Counted from the first letter of the whole stretch, positions 31,679 through 42,496 are shown. The stretch is DNA of 63,905 nucleotides, filler included, from Candidatus Tectimicrobiota bacterium (GCA_016193065.1; 6 parts of 6 records of this genome joined end to end with filler, not necessarily neighbours in it), one strand, 5' to 3'. Notes: generated by a model not told the origin, from the letters alone. Translations and numbers: made by a program.

Positions 31679-31944
31679 CGAAGGGGGGGCGAGTCCGCCA
31701 CTCCAGGGGCGGAATTAGGGCCCGGAATCAGGAAGGTAACTCCCGTTAGCTTCGGGGTTTACAGAGGGAAAACCGGATTTACTTTTAGAGGGGAGATGTG
31801 TTAAGGTCCGTAACCATCGCAGCTTTTTCAGGCTTATTTCAACCCGCACATCGAAGTGGGAAGCAGAAAGGGAGTGTTGCCGTTCGGGTCAAGAGATCAC
31901 GCAATTACCCCTGGAGCGACAGCCAATTCCCAAGGAGGTGATGA

Positions 31945-32289
<345 letters not shown>

Positions 32290-32400
32290 CCCCCTGCTTA
32301 TTTCTTGGCTCAAGAGCGAAGAAACTCAGACTACAGATTCTAAGCGGTGAGCGGCGGGGGCTTGTCTCATCGGCCGCACCGCATGTGGAGAGGAGGTTTC

Positions 32401-33700
32401 ATGACACCCAACGAAGTACTGAAATTTGCCAAGGAGAAGGGCGCCAAGATCCTCGACTTGCGGTTCAAGGATTTTCCCGGACTCTGGCAGCACTTTTCGG
32501 TTCCCATCCACAATCTTGAGGAGAGCAGTTTCGAGGAGGGGTTCGGCTTTGACGGGTCCAGTATCCGGGGTTGGCAGTCGATTCACGCGAGCGACATGCT
32601 GGTGCTTCCGGACCCCGCCACCGCCGTACTGGACCCCTTTTGCAAAGAAACGACCCTGGTTATGATCTGCAATATTCTCGATCCCATCACGAAGGAAAAG
32701 TACTCCCGGGACCCCCGCTACATTGCCCAGAAGGCTGAGGCTGGATTCTATCGAGGGGCAGTGGAACACCGGACGGGATGAGAGACCGAACCTGGGATAC
32801 AAGCCCCGCTACAAAGAGGGGTACTTCCCCGTTCCCCCATCTGATACTCTGCAGGACATCCGCACGGAAATGGTCGGGATCATGGGCGAGGTCGGGATTC
32901 CTGTGGAAGCCCACCACCACGAGGTGTCAACGGGGGGGCAAAACGAAATCGACATGAAGTTCGACGGGCTAGTCCGCATGGGCGACAACATGATGTGGTA
33001 CAAATACATCGTCAAGAACGTCGCCCGCAAACACAACAAGACAGCGACTTTCATGCCCAAACCCATCTTCGGGGACAACGGCAGCGGAATGCACGTTCAC
33101 CAGAGCCTGTGGAAAGAAGGGAAACCGCTCTTTGCGGGGGATCGCTATGGCGGGCTGAGCGCTCTGGCTTTAAACTACATCGGCGGTATTCTCAAGCACG
33201 CCTCAGCCCTGTGTGCCTTTGTGGCTCCCACCACAAACTCGTACAAGAGGTTGGTCCCGGGGTTTGAGGCACCGGTGAACCTGGCCTACTCCGTGCGCAA
33301 TCGCAGCGCTGGGGTGCGGATCCCCATGTACTCCCCCAGCCCGAAGGCGAAGAGAATCGAGGTGCGGTTTCCGGACCCCGCCTGCAACGCGTACCTGGCC
33401 TTTGCGGCCATGCTTATGGCCGGACTCGATGGTATCCAAAACAAGATTCCTCCGGGAGATCCTCTGGACAAGGACATCTATGCCCTGACCCCGGAAGAGT
33501 TGAAGGGAGTGCCAACGGTTCCCAGCTCTCTGGAGGCGGCTCTCAATACCCTGGAGGAGGATCACGATTTTCTGTTCAAAGGGGACGTGTTCACGGAGGA
33601 CGCTCTGTCCACCTGGATCAACTACAAGCGCAACAACGAGGTGGATCCTTTGCGCTTGAGGCCCCACCCTTACGAGTTCGCCCTTTACTTCGACATCTAG
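32401..33700 (+). pseudogene. glnA: Type I glutamine synthetase with internal deletion and frameshift at 32740/32741 (real or assembly error)
   Basis: N-part FDGSSI...[10 protein letters not shown] jumps to another frame at LDSIEGQW; C-part has HHEV, GSGMH, EVRFPD, DIY. Confidence 0.9.
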
Positions 33701-33708
33701 GACCTGCG

Positions 33709-33738
33709 GGGGCCGGCGGAAAGGCCGGCCCCATTTTT
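33709..33738 (+). terminator. Intrinsic terminator after glnA
   Basis: GGGGCCGGC-GGAAAG-GCCGGCCCC followed by ATTTTT. Confidence 0.75.
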
Positions 33739-33894
33739 CCCCTCTCTCTCATCTTTGCCTGACCGCGCATTGAACGGCTGCCGGGATCTCTTTTTTCCTC
33801 TCTCAAGTTCCTCACGCAGGCGGGGGAGCACCAGGGGGCTGCCCCAAGGACCCCGCCGATTCAGCATCACTGCACCCAACGGCACGGCAAATGG

Positions 33895-34095
33895 GGCTGC
33901 CCAGCCTGCCCTTCGCTTCACGCCTCCCGCAGCGACCCCTTCGGGGCGCCCAGGGTGGGACCCCTCCGCTACCGCCACGATATCTCCTCTGCTATCCGCA
34001 AACGGGTCTAGGCTGCCCGGTTTCCCATCCCTGGCCGCTCCCGATGGGTTTCCCCGCTGCTCCCGGCAGTTCCGCTCAAGGCAGGCAGGGCAGCC
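33895..34095. repeat. ~200-bp non-coding element with 16-bp terminal inverted repeats
   Basis: GGCTGCCCAGCCTGCC vs GGCAGGCAGGGCAGCC (15/16 match). Confidence 0.55.
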
Positions 34096-34102
34096 TGACC
34101 GG

Positions 34103-34326
34103 TAGTCCGAGGGAGTTGGCCCCCGCAGGCGACCTAAGCGGTTGCGAGGCAGGGAACCCCCGATCCAGCCGACATGATTCACGTCGCAAGCGCTTCGGGA
34201 GCCGCACCCATAGGATGGGTACCCGCATCCTGGGTGTGGGTACTCCCGAGGACCTTGCCCAAAGAGGCTCCCCCGAGGGTCTAGTGAGGGTAGCAATTCC
34301 TCGGTGACAAACCGGGGGTGGTCACG
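34103..34326 (+). repeat. Promoter-adjacent repeat family A, copy 3
   Basis: Near-collinear with reverse complement of 45439-45603; carries a nested GGGTACCCGC palindrome. Confidence 0.88.
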
Positions 34327-34405
34327 GGCTGGAAAGGTATTGACAAGCTCCTTCACGGATGGTCTTCTAAAACCGGTTGAGAGGGGCAGCCGGTGATGGA
34401 GGTCC

Positions 34406-37400
34406 ATGAGCCAGGTGAATGTGCAGAGCCTCTGCGGGGAATTGGCCGGACTGGTGGCAAGGGGCGAACCTTTCCACGACCGGTCTCGGGATCTGTTGAG
34501 CGCCCTGGGGTTTCTGGACCCTCCTGCCGCCTGGAAAAATCTCGGTCAGATCTGGGGCCAGGCGAATTTCAACCGCCTCTTTCCCGACTTCTTTCCCCGG
34601 TTTTGCGAGGCCTGTGCCCGGTCCTTCGATCCGGATCAGGCCCTCAACAATTTTGAGCGCTTCTCAGCCCTAATCTACGACAAGAATTATCTCTACACGA
34701 TTTTGTCCCAGCAGTCGCCCGTCCTGGCATCCCTGCTGGCCATTTTTTCGGGGAGCCAGTTCTTGACCGATTTTCTTCTCAAGGACCCTTCCTACTTTGA
34801 TCAGGCGGTCCGCCAGGAAACCACGTTCCGCAGCCGGATGAAGGAGGATCTGGAGAGAGATCTCACCACTTGCCTGGCTTCCACCCGGACTTCCCAGGAT
34901 CTCATGAAGGCGCTGCGGCGCTTCAAGAACAGAGAAATCCTCCGCATCGGGCTGCGGGATTTGATGCGGTACAGCGACCTGCCGGAAACCATGGAAGACC
35001 TCTCGAACCTGGCGGATGTGTGCGTGCAGGCGATTCTGGATTTCTGCTTGACGGAGTTGACCAGCCAGTACGGGCGCCCCATTGCCGAGGAAGGGGATTC
35101 GCGAAGCCCCTGTGAGTTTACCGTGATCGGTCTCGGGAAACTGGGGGGGCGGGAGCTCAACTTCAGCTCCGACATCGATGTGATTTATCTCTATTCCTCG
35201 GACAAGGGAGCCACGACGGGCATTCCCGCAGCCCGGGGTGAACGGGTCAACACCATCAGCAACCACGAGTTTTACACCAAGCTGGCCCAGATGATCACAC
35301 GCTATTTGAACGAGATCACCCCCGAGGGCCAGCTCTTTCGCGTCGACTTGAACCTGCGCCCGGAAGGGCACAGCGGCGACGTGACCAACTCCTTAAGAAG
35401 CATGGAAATCTACTACGAGTCCTGGGGGCAGACCTGGGAACGCCAGGTCTTGATCAAGGCCCGCAGGATTGCCGGCAGTGAGAATCTTTCCCGGCAGTTC
35501 CTCGCCATGGTCACCCCTTTCATCTTCCGAAAGCATCTGGACTTCGGATCTCTGCACGAGATCCGGGAGATGAAGGAAAAAATCAACCGGGAGCTGGCTG
35601 GCCGGGGAAGCGGTGAGGGCAACGTAAAGTTGGGTTACGGCGGGATCCGCGAAGTGGAGTTCATCGTGCAGGCCTTCCAACTGATTTACGGTGGCAGAGA
35701 CCGCTGGCTGCAGCAGCGCAATACCCTGCGCTCCCTGCACCGGCTCTCTGAGAAGGGCTACATCACTTACCGGGATTACGCGGACCTCAATAAAGCCTAT
35801 GTTTACCTGCGCGAGCTCGAGCATCGGATCCAGATTCAGCAAGGCCGGCAGACCCACGAGATTCCACGCTCGGTGCGGGAGCGGGCCGTGCTGGCCCGGA
35901 AGATGGGCCTGGAGGGGGGGCACCCGCAAGGCGGGTACCCGGAAATGTTGAGCGAGAAGCTCCTTGAGCTGTATCGCTTTCATACCGGGAACGTGCGCAG
36001 GGTCTACGACGAGCTTTTCTCGGCTCTGCAGGAAGAAGCCGCGGAGGAAGAGGACGATGTTTCCCTTCTCCTGGAAGGAGGGGCCAGCACAGAGGCCCTG
36101 GAAGCCCTGCGGCGTCGCGGGTTTCAGATTCCCGAGCGGGCTCTTCAGAACCTGCAGAGTCTCTATCAAGGCCCTCCCTTCTCCCACCCCTCTGCCGCCA
36201 ACCGCGCCCAGATGCGGCGCTTGATCTCCCGCCTGCTGGCCTGCTGCCCCACACTTGCGGATCCCGACTTTGCCCTGAATCACCTGGAGAAGTTCGTCAA
36301 TACCTCAGGTTTGAGGGAATCCCTCACGGCCATGCTGGCCGAACGTCCACTGCTCCTTGAACACCTGCTCTCCCTGTTTGCCAGCAGCGAGTTTCTGTCT
36401 TCGGCCCTCATGCAGAGTCCGGAGCTCATGGATCTCATCCTGGAGGAGATCGACCAGGATCGCCCGGTCCGCAAGGAAGAAATGTCCTCCCAGCTTTTAC
36501 AGAATCTCCAAAATGCAACTTCCTATGAAGATAAGCTGGAGATTCTGCGTGTCTTTAAGAAAGGGACGGAGCTGAAAATCGCCCTCCGGGACCTGCAGGG
36601 GAAGGCCGATTTAACCGAGGTGATGGAGTCGCTGTCGGATCTGGGGGATGTCATTTTGGAGGCGGCGGCGGGGATCGCCTTGGGAGAGTTGAACACCCGA
36701 TACGGTGTTCCCAAGTTGTCTGCGGGCTTGCGCACCCACTCCGTGGGTACCCGCGCTTTGCGGGTGTGCCGTTTTGCAGTGATTGCTCTGGGAAAGTACG
36801 GCGGGAGGGAACTGAGCTTTGGCTCCGACCTGGACGTGGTCTTCGTTTATGAAGGTGAGGGGGAAAGTGAGGTTTCAGCGCGGGGCCCGGACCGCGGATG
36901 GAAACCGGAAGCCTCCATCGGAAACCAGCTTTTCTTCGCCAAGTTGGGAGAGAAGATCGTCCAGGCCATCAGCGGAGTGACCCGGATGGGGCACGTATAC
37001 CGGCTGGACTTACGTCTGCGGCCCGAAGGGGAGAAGGGACCCCTGGCGGTTTCCCTGGAAACTCTCGAGGACTATCACCGTTGCCGGGCCGCTCTGTGGG
37101 AGGGGCAATCGTGGCTGAAAGCCAGGCCGGCGGCCGGCGACCCGGCCTTTGGAAAGATCGTGGTCTTCCGGATCCAGGAGACTTGGGCCGCCAGGCCCCT
37201 GGGTGCCCAGGCCGCTGAAGACTTCAAGGGGATGCGCCAGCGCATGGAGGCCGAGAGGGTTTGGCCGCAGGGAGGCGGGCAGCACATCAAGCTGGGACCC
37301 GGAGGCATTACCGACGTTGAGTTCATCACCCAGTACTTGCAGTTGAAGTATGGGGGGCAGGATCCTGATCTACGCACGCCCTCGACTCTGGAATCCCTGC

Positions 37401-37672
37401 GCAGGATCGCCCGGGGGGGCTACCTGGGTCCGGCAGAGTGTTCCCGGCTGCAGGAGGCCTATCTTTTCTTGCGCGGTTTGGAAAATCGGTTGCGGGTCTT
37501 TGAGTCTCTGTCCACCAGCGTGCTGCCGGCCGATACCGGGCGCTTGAGAATCCTGGCCAGACGCCTGGGCTACCCGGACGGGCGACACAACGCCCCGGAA
37601 GCCCAGCTTCTAACCGATTACGAGCGGCATACCTCCGCGGTCCGTGAAATCTTTGCGCGCGTCTTTGCTTAG
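34406..37672 (+). CDS. glnE: Glutamine synthetase adenylyltransferase/adenylyl-removing enzyme
   Basis: Two NT domains: GKLGGRELNFSSDID and GKYGGRELSFGSDLD; two DxxLRPEG; GGIREVEF. Confidence 0.96.
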   Translation: MSQVNVQSLCGELAGLVARGEPFHDRSRDLLSALGFLDPPAAWKNLGQIWGQANFNRLFPDFFPRFCEACARSFDPDQALNNFERFSALIYDKNYLYTILSQQSPVLASLLAIFSGSQFLTDFLLKDPSYFDQAVRQETTFRSRMKEDLERDLTTCLASTRTSQDLMKALRRFKNREILRIGLRDLMRYSDLPETMEDLSNLADVCVQAILDFCLTELTSQYGRPIAEEGDSRSPCEFTVIGLGKLGGRELNFSSDIDVIYLYSSDKGATTGIPAARGERVNTISNHEFYTKLAQMITRYLNEITPEGQLFRVDLNLRPEGHSGDVTNSLRSMEIYYESWGQTWERQVLIKARRIAGSENLSRQFLAMVTPFIFRKHLDFGSLHEIREMKEKINRELAGRGSGEGNVKLGYGGIREVEFIVQAFQLIYGGRDRWLQQRNTLRSLHRLSEKGYITYRDYADLNKAYVYLRELEHRIQIQQGRQTHEIPRSVRERAVLARKMGLEGGHPQGGYPEMLSEKLLELYRFHTGNVRRVYDELFSALQEEAAEEEDDVSLLLEGGASTEALEALRRRGFQIPERALQNLQSLYQGPPFSHPSAANRAQMRRLISRLLACCPTLADPDFALNHLEKFVNTSGLRESLTAMLAERPLLLEHLLSLFASSEFLSSALMQSPELMDLILEEIDQDRPVRKEEMSSQLLQNLQNATSYEDKLEILRVFKKGTELKIALRDLQGKADLTEVMESLSDLGDVILEAAAGIALGELNTRYGVPKLSAGLRTHSVGTRALRVCRFAVIALGKYGGRELSFGSDLDVVFVYEGEGESEVSARGPDRGWKPEASIGNQLFFAKLGEKIVQAISGVTRMGHVYRLDLRLRPEGEKGPLAVSLETLEDYHRCRAALWEGQSWLKARPAAGDPAFGKIVVFRIQETWAARPLGAQAAEDFKGMRQRMEAERVWPQGGGQHIKLGPGGITDVEFITQYLQLKYGGQDPDLRTPSTLESLRRIARGGYLGPAECSRLQEAYLFLRGLENRLRVFESLSTSVLPADTGRLRILARRLGYPDGRHNAPEAQLLTDYERHTSAVREIFARVFA

Positions 37673-37692
37673 AAGCAGGCAAGTCGCGAGGG

Positions 37693-38730
37693 TCAGGGGA
37701 TGCCTTCGATCAGCTTGCGATAGAGCCTAAGATAAGAAGACACTTCCCGGTCCGGGGGAAATTCTCGCCGGATCAACTCTCTTCCAGCCTCTCCCAGCCG
37801 GTGTCGCAGATCCCCGTCCGCTACGAGGAGCCGAGCTTTTTCCAAAAACTCTTCCTCACCGGAGAAGAGAAACCCGTTCACCCCGTCTTCCACAATGGTC
37901 GTGTTTCCCTGGATGCGGGAGGCCAGGACGGGGACTCCCACGCTCATGGCCTCCAGCAGGCTGTTCGCCATTCCCCCCTCCGACCGGGAGGAGTTAATGA
38001 GAACCTGAACCGCTTCGTAAAGGGCGCGCATCTGATGATGGGGGACGGCCTCCAGGTAGTGGACCCAGGGGAGCACCGAAATTTGCTCCAAGAAGGTCTT
38101 CCCCAGTACTGGATCCAAGATGGGCCCTGCAATCACTAAGCGGACTTGGGGGAAGCTCCTCACGAGGCGCGATAAGGGAGCCAAGGAGAAGCTCACGTTC
38201 TTCACCGGGCGGATGCCGGCAGCGATCAGAAACAGGAACCGATTAGGGGCTGGCGGAATCCTTTCCAGGGGATCTCCTTCCCCCTCGGGCAGATCCACCG
38301 CCTGTGGGATCACGACCACCTTGGCAACGACTCCCGGAGCGTGCAGGCTCAGGTGGGCGCGCACCGCTTCGTGGAAGACCACAATGGCGTCCACCGAGTT
38401 CAGGATCTCGACAACTCTGGGTCGCTGGGATTCATCTGGCAGGTTCTGATAGGCGTCGGTGCCGGTAATGGTCAGCACCGTGGGAAGCCCGAGCTTTTGC
38501 GCCGTCTCCAGCAGCAAGTTTCCGGTCCGGAAGGCATTGAGGCCGTGCAGGACCTCGGGAGCGAAATCCTCCAAACGGGAAAGAATCCGGGCGGGATCTT
38601 GGTCGATTTCCGTATTGACGATCTCCACCTCGGCACCGCGGGCAGCCAGGCCTTTGGCAAGCCGGCCGGCGGTGACTGAGTTGCCTGTAACGGACGGGAA
38701 GAAATGGGGTGTCAGGATGGCGACTCTCAT
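37693..38730 (-). CDS. GT4 family glycosyltransferase (SenB/GLT1D1-like)
   Basis: GNSVTAGR, ITGTD, RPVKN, SRSEGGMANSLLEA motifs. Confidence 0.85.
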   Translation of the reverse strand: MRVAILTPHFFPSVTGNSVTAGRLAKGLAARGAEVEIVNTEIDQDPARILSRLEDFAPEVLHGLNAFRTGNLLLETAQKLGLPTVLTITGTDAYQNLPDESQRPRVVEILNSVDAIVVFHEAVRAHLSLHAPGVVAKVVVIPQAVDLPEGEGDPLERIPPAPNRFLFLIAAGIRPVKNVSFSLAPLSRLVRSFPQVRLVIAGPILDPVLGKTFLEQISVLPWVHYLEAVPHHQMRALYEAVQVLINSSRSEGGMANSLLEAMSVGVPVLASRIQGNTTIVEDGVNGFLFSGEEEFLEKARLLVADGDLRHRLGEAGRELIRREFPPDREVSSYLRLYRKLIEGIP

Positions 38731-38916
38731 GCCGTTCTGGCTCGGAGTTCCTCTGCCTTGCGGATCCTGTCATAGACCCGGCAGCAGATTGGGATATTTT
38801 TTCCCTGGCTTCTGTGCAACGCTTAATTAGTGTATTATATCCACCGGATATTGCCACCTCCCATCCTTGCTACCTTCAGCCAGTCACGAGGGCCATTCTC
38901 CAAGGAGGACGTAGCC

Positions 38917-40371
38917 ATGGCATTTGATGATCTCAAGGATTTCCTCAAGGTTCTTCGGGACCGCGGCGAACTTCACGAAGTCGAGGTGGAAATGGATCCC
39001 ACTTGGGAAGTCTCCGCCGTCTGCCGCAGGGTCTTTGACGAGCGCGGACCGGCTCTGCTCTTCCGGCGGGTCGGGAACCATCGCACGCCCCTTCTGGTAG
39101 GAGCCCTGGCGACCCGGACCCGCTACCAGATCGGCCTGGGTCTGGGAGATCAACCGACCTCCATTGGCCTGATCCGGGAGAGATGGGGCAATGCCTTCCA
39201 AAACCCAATTCCTCCCCAAAAGGTTTCCGGGAACCAGGCCCCCTGCAAGCAGGTCAAGGCGAAAGGGATCGACCTCTACGCGGATCCCTTCCCGGTCCCC
39301 CTTTGGCATTATCAGGACAGCGCACCTTATCTGGGGACCCTGCACGCGGTGATCTCAAAGGATCCCGAAACGGGTTGGATCAACCTGGGGAATTACCGCA
39401 ACGAGATTCGCTCCCGGGACACCCTGGGCGTCTTCATCATTCCTTACCGCCATATCGGTCTGCACTTGCAGAAGTGGAAAGCGATTGGTAAGCCGATGCC
39501 GATTGCCATTGCGGTGGGCCTGGAGACCGCTCTCAATCTGGTGGCGGTCGCCCCCGTAAAGGCCGGGCAAAGTGAATACGATGTGGCTGGGGGGCTCAAG
39601 GGGAAGCCGGTCGAGGTGGTGGAAGCCGAAACCTGCGATTTGCTGGTCCCGGCCCATGCCCAGATCGTCATTGAGGGCTACGTGCCCATCGACGAGACTC
39701 TCCCCCAGGAGGGCCCCTTTGGAGAATTTGCCGGATATATTGGAGAGCAGGTGTACAATTGCAACTTCATGAAGGTGACGGCCGTCACCTATCAGGAAAA
39801 CCCCATTTTCCAGGGGACCTATGAAGGTCTCCCCCCTAATGAAAGCACGACGGTTCGGAGCATCGGGCGTTCCGCTTCCCTGTACAATCACTTGACGGGG
39901 GTGGTCGGTTTGCCCGGAATCGTGGACGTGTGCGTCACGGAAGGGGGCTGCGCTGGATTTCACGCCGTGGTGTCGATTCACAACAGCTACCCGGGTCACG
40001 TGCGCGACGTGATGACGAACTGTTGGGGCCAGCCCACCCTGTTCGTCAAAAACGTCATCGTGGTCGATGAGGACATCGATCCCTGGGACCCCGTCAAGGT
40101 CGAGTGGGCCATTGCGACCACCATGAAGCCCACCCGGGATATTGAGATCGTCAAGCGGGGGACCTCGATCAGCATCGACCCTTCCTCGCCGCGGCCCGGA
40201 TCCGGGCAGAGCGGTGCCATTGTCACCGATCTGCTGGGCATTGACGCGACCCGCCCCCATTTCGAATACGCAGAGAAAGGGTGCACCTTCCCGCAACTGG
40301 CCGTGCCGAAACCGGAACACATGGAGGCGGTTCGGAAGAATTGGTCCCGCTACGGGTTCCGGTCGTCCTGA
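38917..40371 (+). CDS. UbiD family (prFMN-dependent) decarboxylase
   Basis: NLGNYR, EGPFGEFAGY, VVDEDID, VEWAIAT, GIDAT motifs. Confidence 0.93.
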   Translation: MAFDDLKDFLKVLRDRGELHEVEVEMDPTWEVSAVCRRVFDERGPALLFRRVGNHRTPLLVGALATRTRYQIGLGLGDQPTSIGLIRERWGNAFQNPIPPQKVSGNQAPCKQVKAKGIDLYADPFPVPLWHYQDSAPYLGTLHAVISKDPETGWINLGNYRNEIRSRDTLGVFIIPYRHIGLHLQKWKAIGKPMPIAIAVGLETALNLVAVAPVKAGQSEYDVAGGLKGKPVEVVEAETCDLLVPAHAQIVIEGYVPIDETLPQEGPFGEFAGYIGEQVYNCNFMKVTAVTYQENPIFQGTYEGLPPNESTTVRSIGRSASLYNHLTGVVGLPGIVDVCVTEGGCAGFHAVVSIHNSYPGHVRDVMTNCWGQPTLFVKNVIVVDEDIDPWDPVKVEWAIATTMKPTRDIEIVKRGTSISIDPSSPRPGSGQSGAIVTDLLGIDATRPHFEYAEKGCTFPQLAVPKPEHMEAVRKNWSRYGFRSS

Positions 40372-40380
40372 AAGTTGGGG

Positions 40381-40857
40381 TCAGCGGATAGAGATGTCCA
40401 AAATGGTGAATTCCCGGATACCGGAAGGGGTTTTCACCTTGACCGCATCATCCAGGGCGTGACCGATCAAGGCCCGGCCCACGGGGGAATTCACGGAGAT
40501 CTTGCCCTGCTCGATATCGGCCTCGTCGGCGCCCACGATGCGGTAGCGCACGCGCTCTCCGCTTTCACAGTCTTCCAGGAGGACCGTGGCTCCAAAGACA
40601 ACGCGATCATTGGGTAAATTGGAGGTGTCGATCACCTGGGCGCGGCCAAGTTTGTCCTGTAGGAGTCGGATCCGGCCTTCCACGAATGATTGTTGTTCCT
40701 TGGCAGCGTGGTATTCGGCGTTCTCGCTCAAATCACCATGAGCACGGGCTTCGGCAATGGCTTGGATGACCCGAGGCCGCTCCTCCTGCTGCAGGCGCTT
40801 CAACTCCTGGCCGAGTTGTTCATAACCTTCCCTGGTCATTGGAACTCGTTCAACCAT
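40381..40857 (-). CDS. greA: Transcription elongation factor GreA
   Basis: [27 protein letters not shown]. Confidence 0.97.
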   Translation of the reverse strand: MVERVPMTREGYEQLGQELKRLQQEERPRVIQAIAEARAHGDLSENAEYHAAKEQQSFVEGRIRLLQDKLGRAQVIDTSNLPNDRVVFGATVLLEDCESGERVRYRIVGADEADIEQGKISVNSPVGRALIGHALDDAVKVKTPSGIREFTILDISIR

Positions 40858-41176
40858 CGCGATCAAGGCTCCTGCTCATTCAGATTACGAGGGGATTGAG
40901 GCGCCCGAAAGCGCTCCGAGAACTCTGCGATCCACCCGGCAGCAAGCGGTGCTGGACGGCAAAACGGTCTTCGCCCCGACTGTGGCTGAAGAGGTTATTG
41001 GGCTCCAGTTCAAGTGATCCGGTTGCGGAATCCGTCCCTGGATCCCCGGGCCGGGAAATCGATCGACTCGGAAGATTGGACCGCGATGCAATTCGGATCC
41101 CTTGGTGGTTCATGGCCAGAGAGAATCAACCTTGGCTCCGGTTCACTTACCCACTGCACTGATTTTCCCGGCCCGC

Positions 41177-42496
41177 TTATCCGGCCTTGGCCGGCTGGAC
41201 CATATTTTTAAAGATGCTCCAGCTTTTGAGGAGATCAATGGCCCGGTTTAGCTGGGGATCCTGGACTGGATCATCGGGCTTGCCGTTGTTCGAATCGTCC
41301 TTGCCTTCTTCCTTGGCGGGGGGAGATCCCTCCAGGTGTCCCTTGAGATCCTTTTCCCGCACCACTCGCTCCTCTTGTTTTGCCGCCTGGGTGGGGACAA
41401 TCTCGGCTACCACGATATCCGGAGTGATCCCTTTGGCTTGAATCTCTCGGCCTTTGGGGGTGAAGTACTTCGCCGTTGTGAGCCTGAGGGCTGAGCCGTC
41501 ACTCAGGGGCAGAATCGATTGCACGGAAGCCTTCCCAAAGGTCCGAACTCCAAGGATCACAGCTCTTCCCTGGTCTTGAAGAGCCCCAGCTACGATTTCC
41601 GAGGCACTGGCGCTTCCGGCGTTGACCAGCACAACCAGGGGCTCCGTGATAGAAACATTCGAGGAGTTGGCGCGGTAGCGTTTGCTGGTGCCGCTTGCTC
41701 GCCCCTCTGTGTAAACCACCAGTTCTCCCTTGGGGAGGAACAGACCGGACACTTTGATGGCCTGGTCCAAAAGGCCTCCGGGGTTGTTCCGGAGATCCAG
41801 AATGATCCCCTTGGGCTTGACCTTTTTGATCTCGGTGAGGATCTTCTCCATCTCCTCTCCCGAATTGCGGTTGAAAGTCCTGAGACGGATGTAGCCGATG
41901 TTGCCGTCGATGACCCGGGAACGCACACTTTGGATTCGGATCACGTCCCGCGTCATGGTGAAATCCTTAGGTGCCGGGAGCCCTTCCCGGACAATGGTCA
42001 GGGTGACGGTGGAACCCTTCGGTCCCCTCATCCGCTTTACTGCCTCTTGGAGGTTCATGTCTTTGGTCGATTCCCCGTCGATCCGGATGATCTTATCCCC
42101 GGCCTTTAAGCCGACCCGGGAGGCCGGTGTGCCCTCGATGGGAGCCACGATCGTCAACTGGTCGTCTTTGACGGTGATTTCTATCCCGAGTCCCCCGAAA
42201 CTCCCCTCGGTTTCCACCTGCATTTCCTTGTACATCGCCGGTTCCATGAACGCGGAGTGGGGATCCAGCGTCTTGAGCATCCCCTGAATGGCACCGTAGA
42301 GGATCTGCTGGGGCTTGAGCTCCTCCACGTAGTTGGCTTGAATCAAGTACAGGGCGTCGTTGAAAATCCGCAGGTTTTCGTAAGTGGAACTGACGGCCCT
42401 GACCTTTTGGCTCGTGAAGGCACCGGCTGCCAGAATGATCGCTACAAACACAAGGCCCCAGAAAAGCCATTTCTTGCGGCCGCACGCTGAAATCAT
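41177..42496 (-). CDS. S41 carboxy-terminal processing protease (CtpA)
   Basis: LDPHS, GLGI PDZ, DLRNNPGG, SASASEIVAG, FGKAS; start uncertain. Confidence 0.95.
   Translation of the reverse strand: MISACGRKKWLFWGLVFVAIILAAGAFTSQKVRAVSSTYENLRIFNDALYLIQANYVEELKPQQILYGAIQGMLKTLDPHSAFMEPAMYKEMQVETEGSFGGLGIEITVKDDQLTIVAPIEGTPASRVGLKAGDKIIRIDGESTKDMNLQEAVKRMRGPKGSTVTLTIVREGLPAPKDFTMTRDVIRIQSVRSRVIDGNIGYIRLRTFNRNSGEEMEKILTEIKKVKPKGIILDLRNNPGGLLDQAIKVSGLFLPKGELVVYTEGRASGTSKRYRANSSNVSITEPLVVLVNAGSASASEIVAGALQDQGRAVILGVRTFGKASVQSILPLSDGSALRLTTAKYFTPKGREIQAKGITPDIVVAEIVPTQAAKQEERVVREKDLKGHLEGSPPAKEEGKDDSNNGKPDDPVQDPQLNRAIDLLKSWSIFKNMVQPAKAG

Noticed and set aside
31800-31930. glnA (glutamine) riboswitch in the glnB leader
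   Set aside because: Only loose CGTT...GAGCGAC similarity; the conserved GGAAGTA junction is absent.
32720-32781. Programmed frameshift rescuing glnA
   Set aside because: No slippery site, and essential residues are physically absent.
40870-41170. ncRNA or small ORF between ctpA and greA
   Set aside because: No recognisable RNA family, RBS or protein motif.
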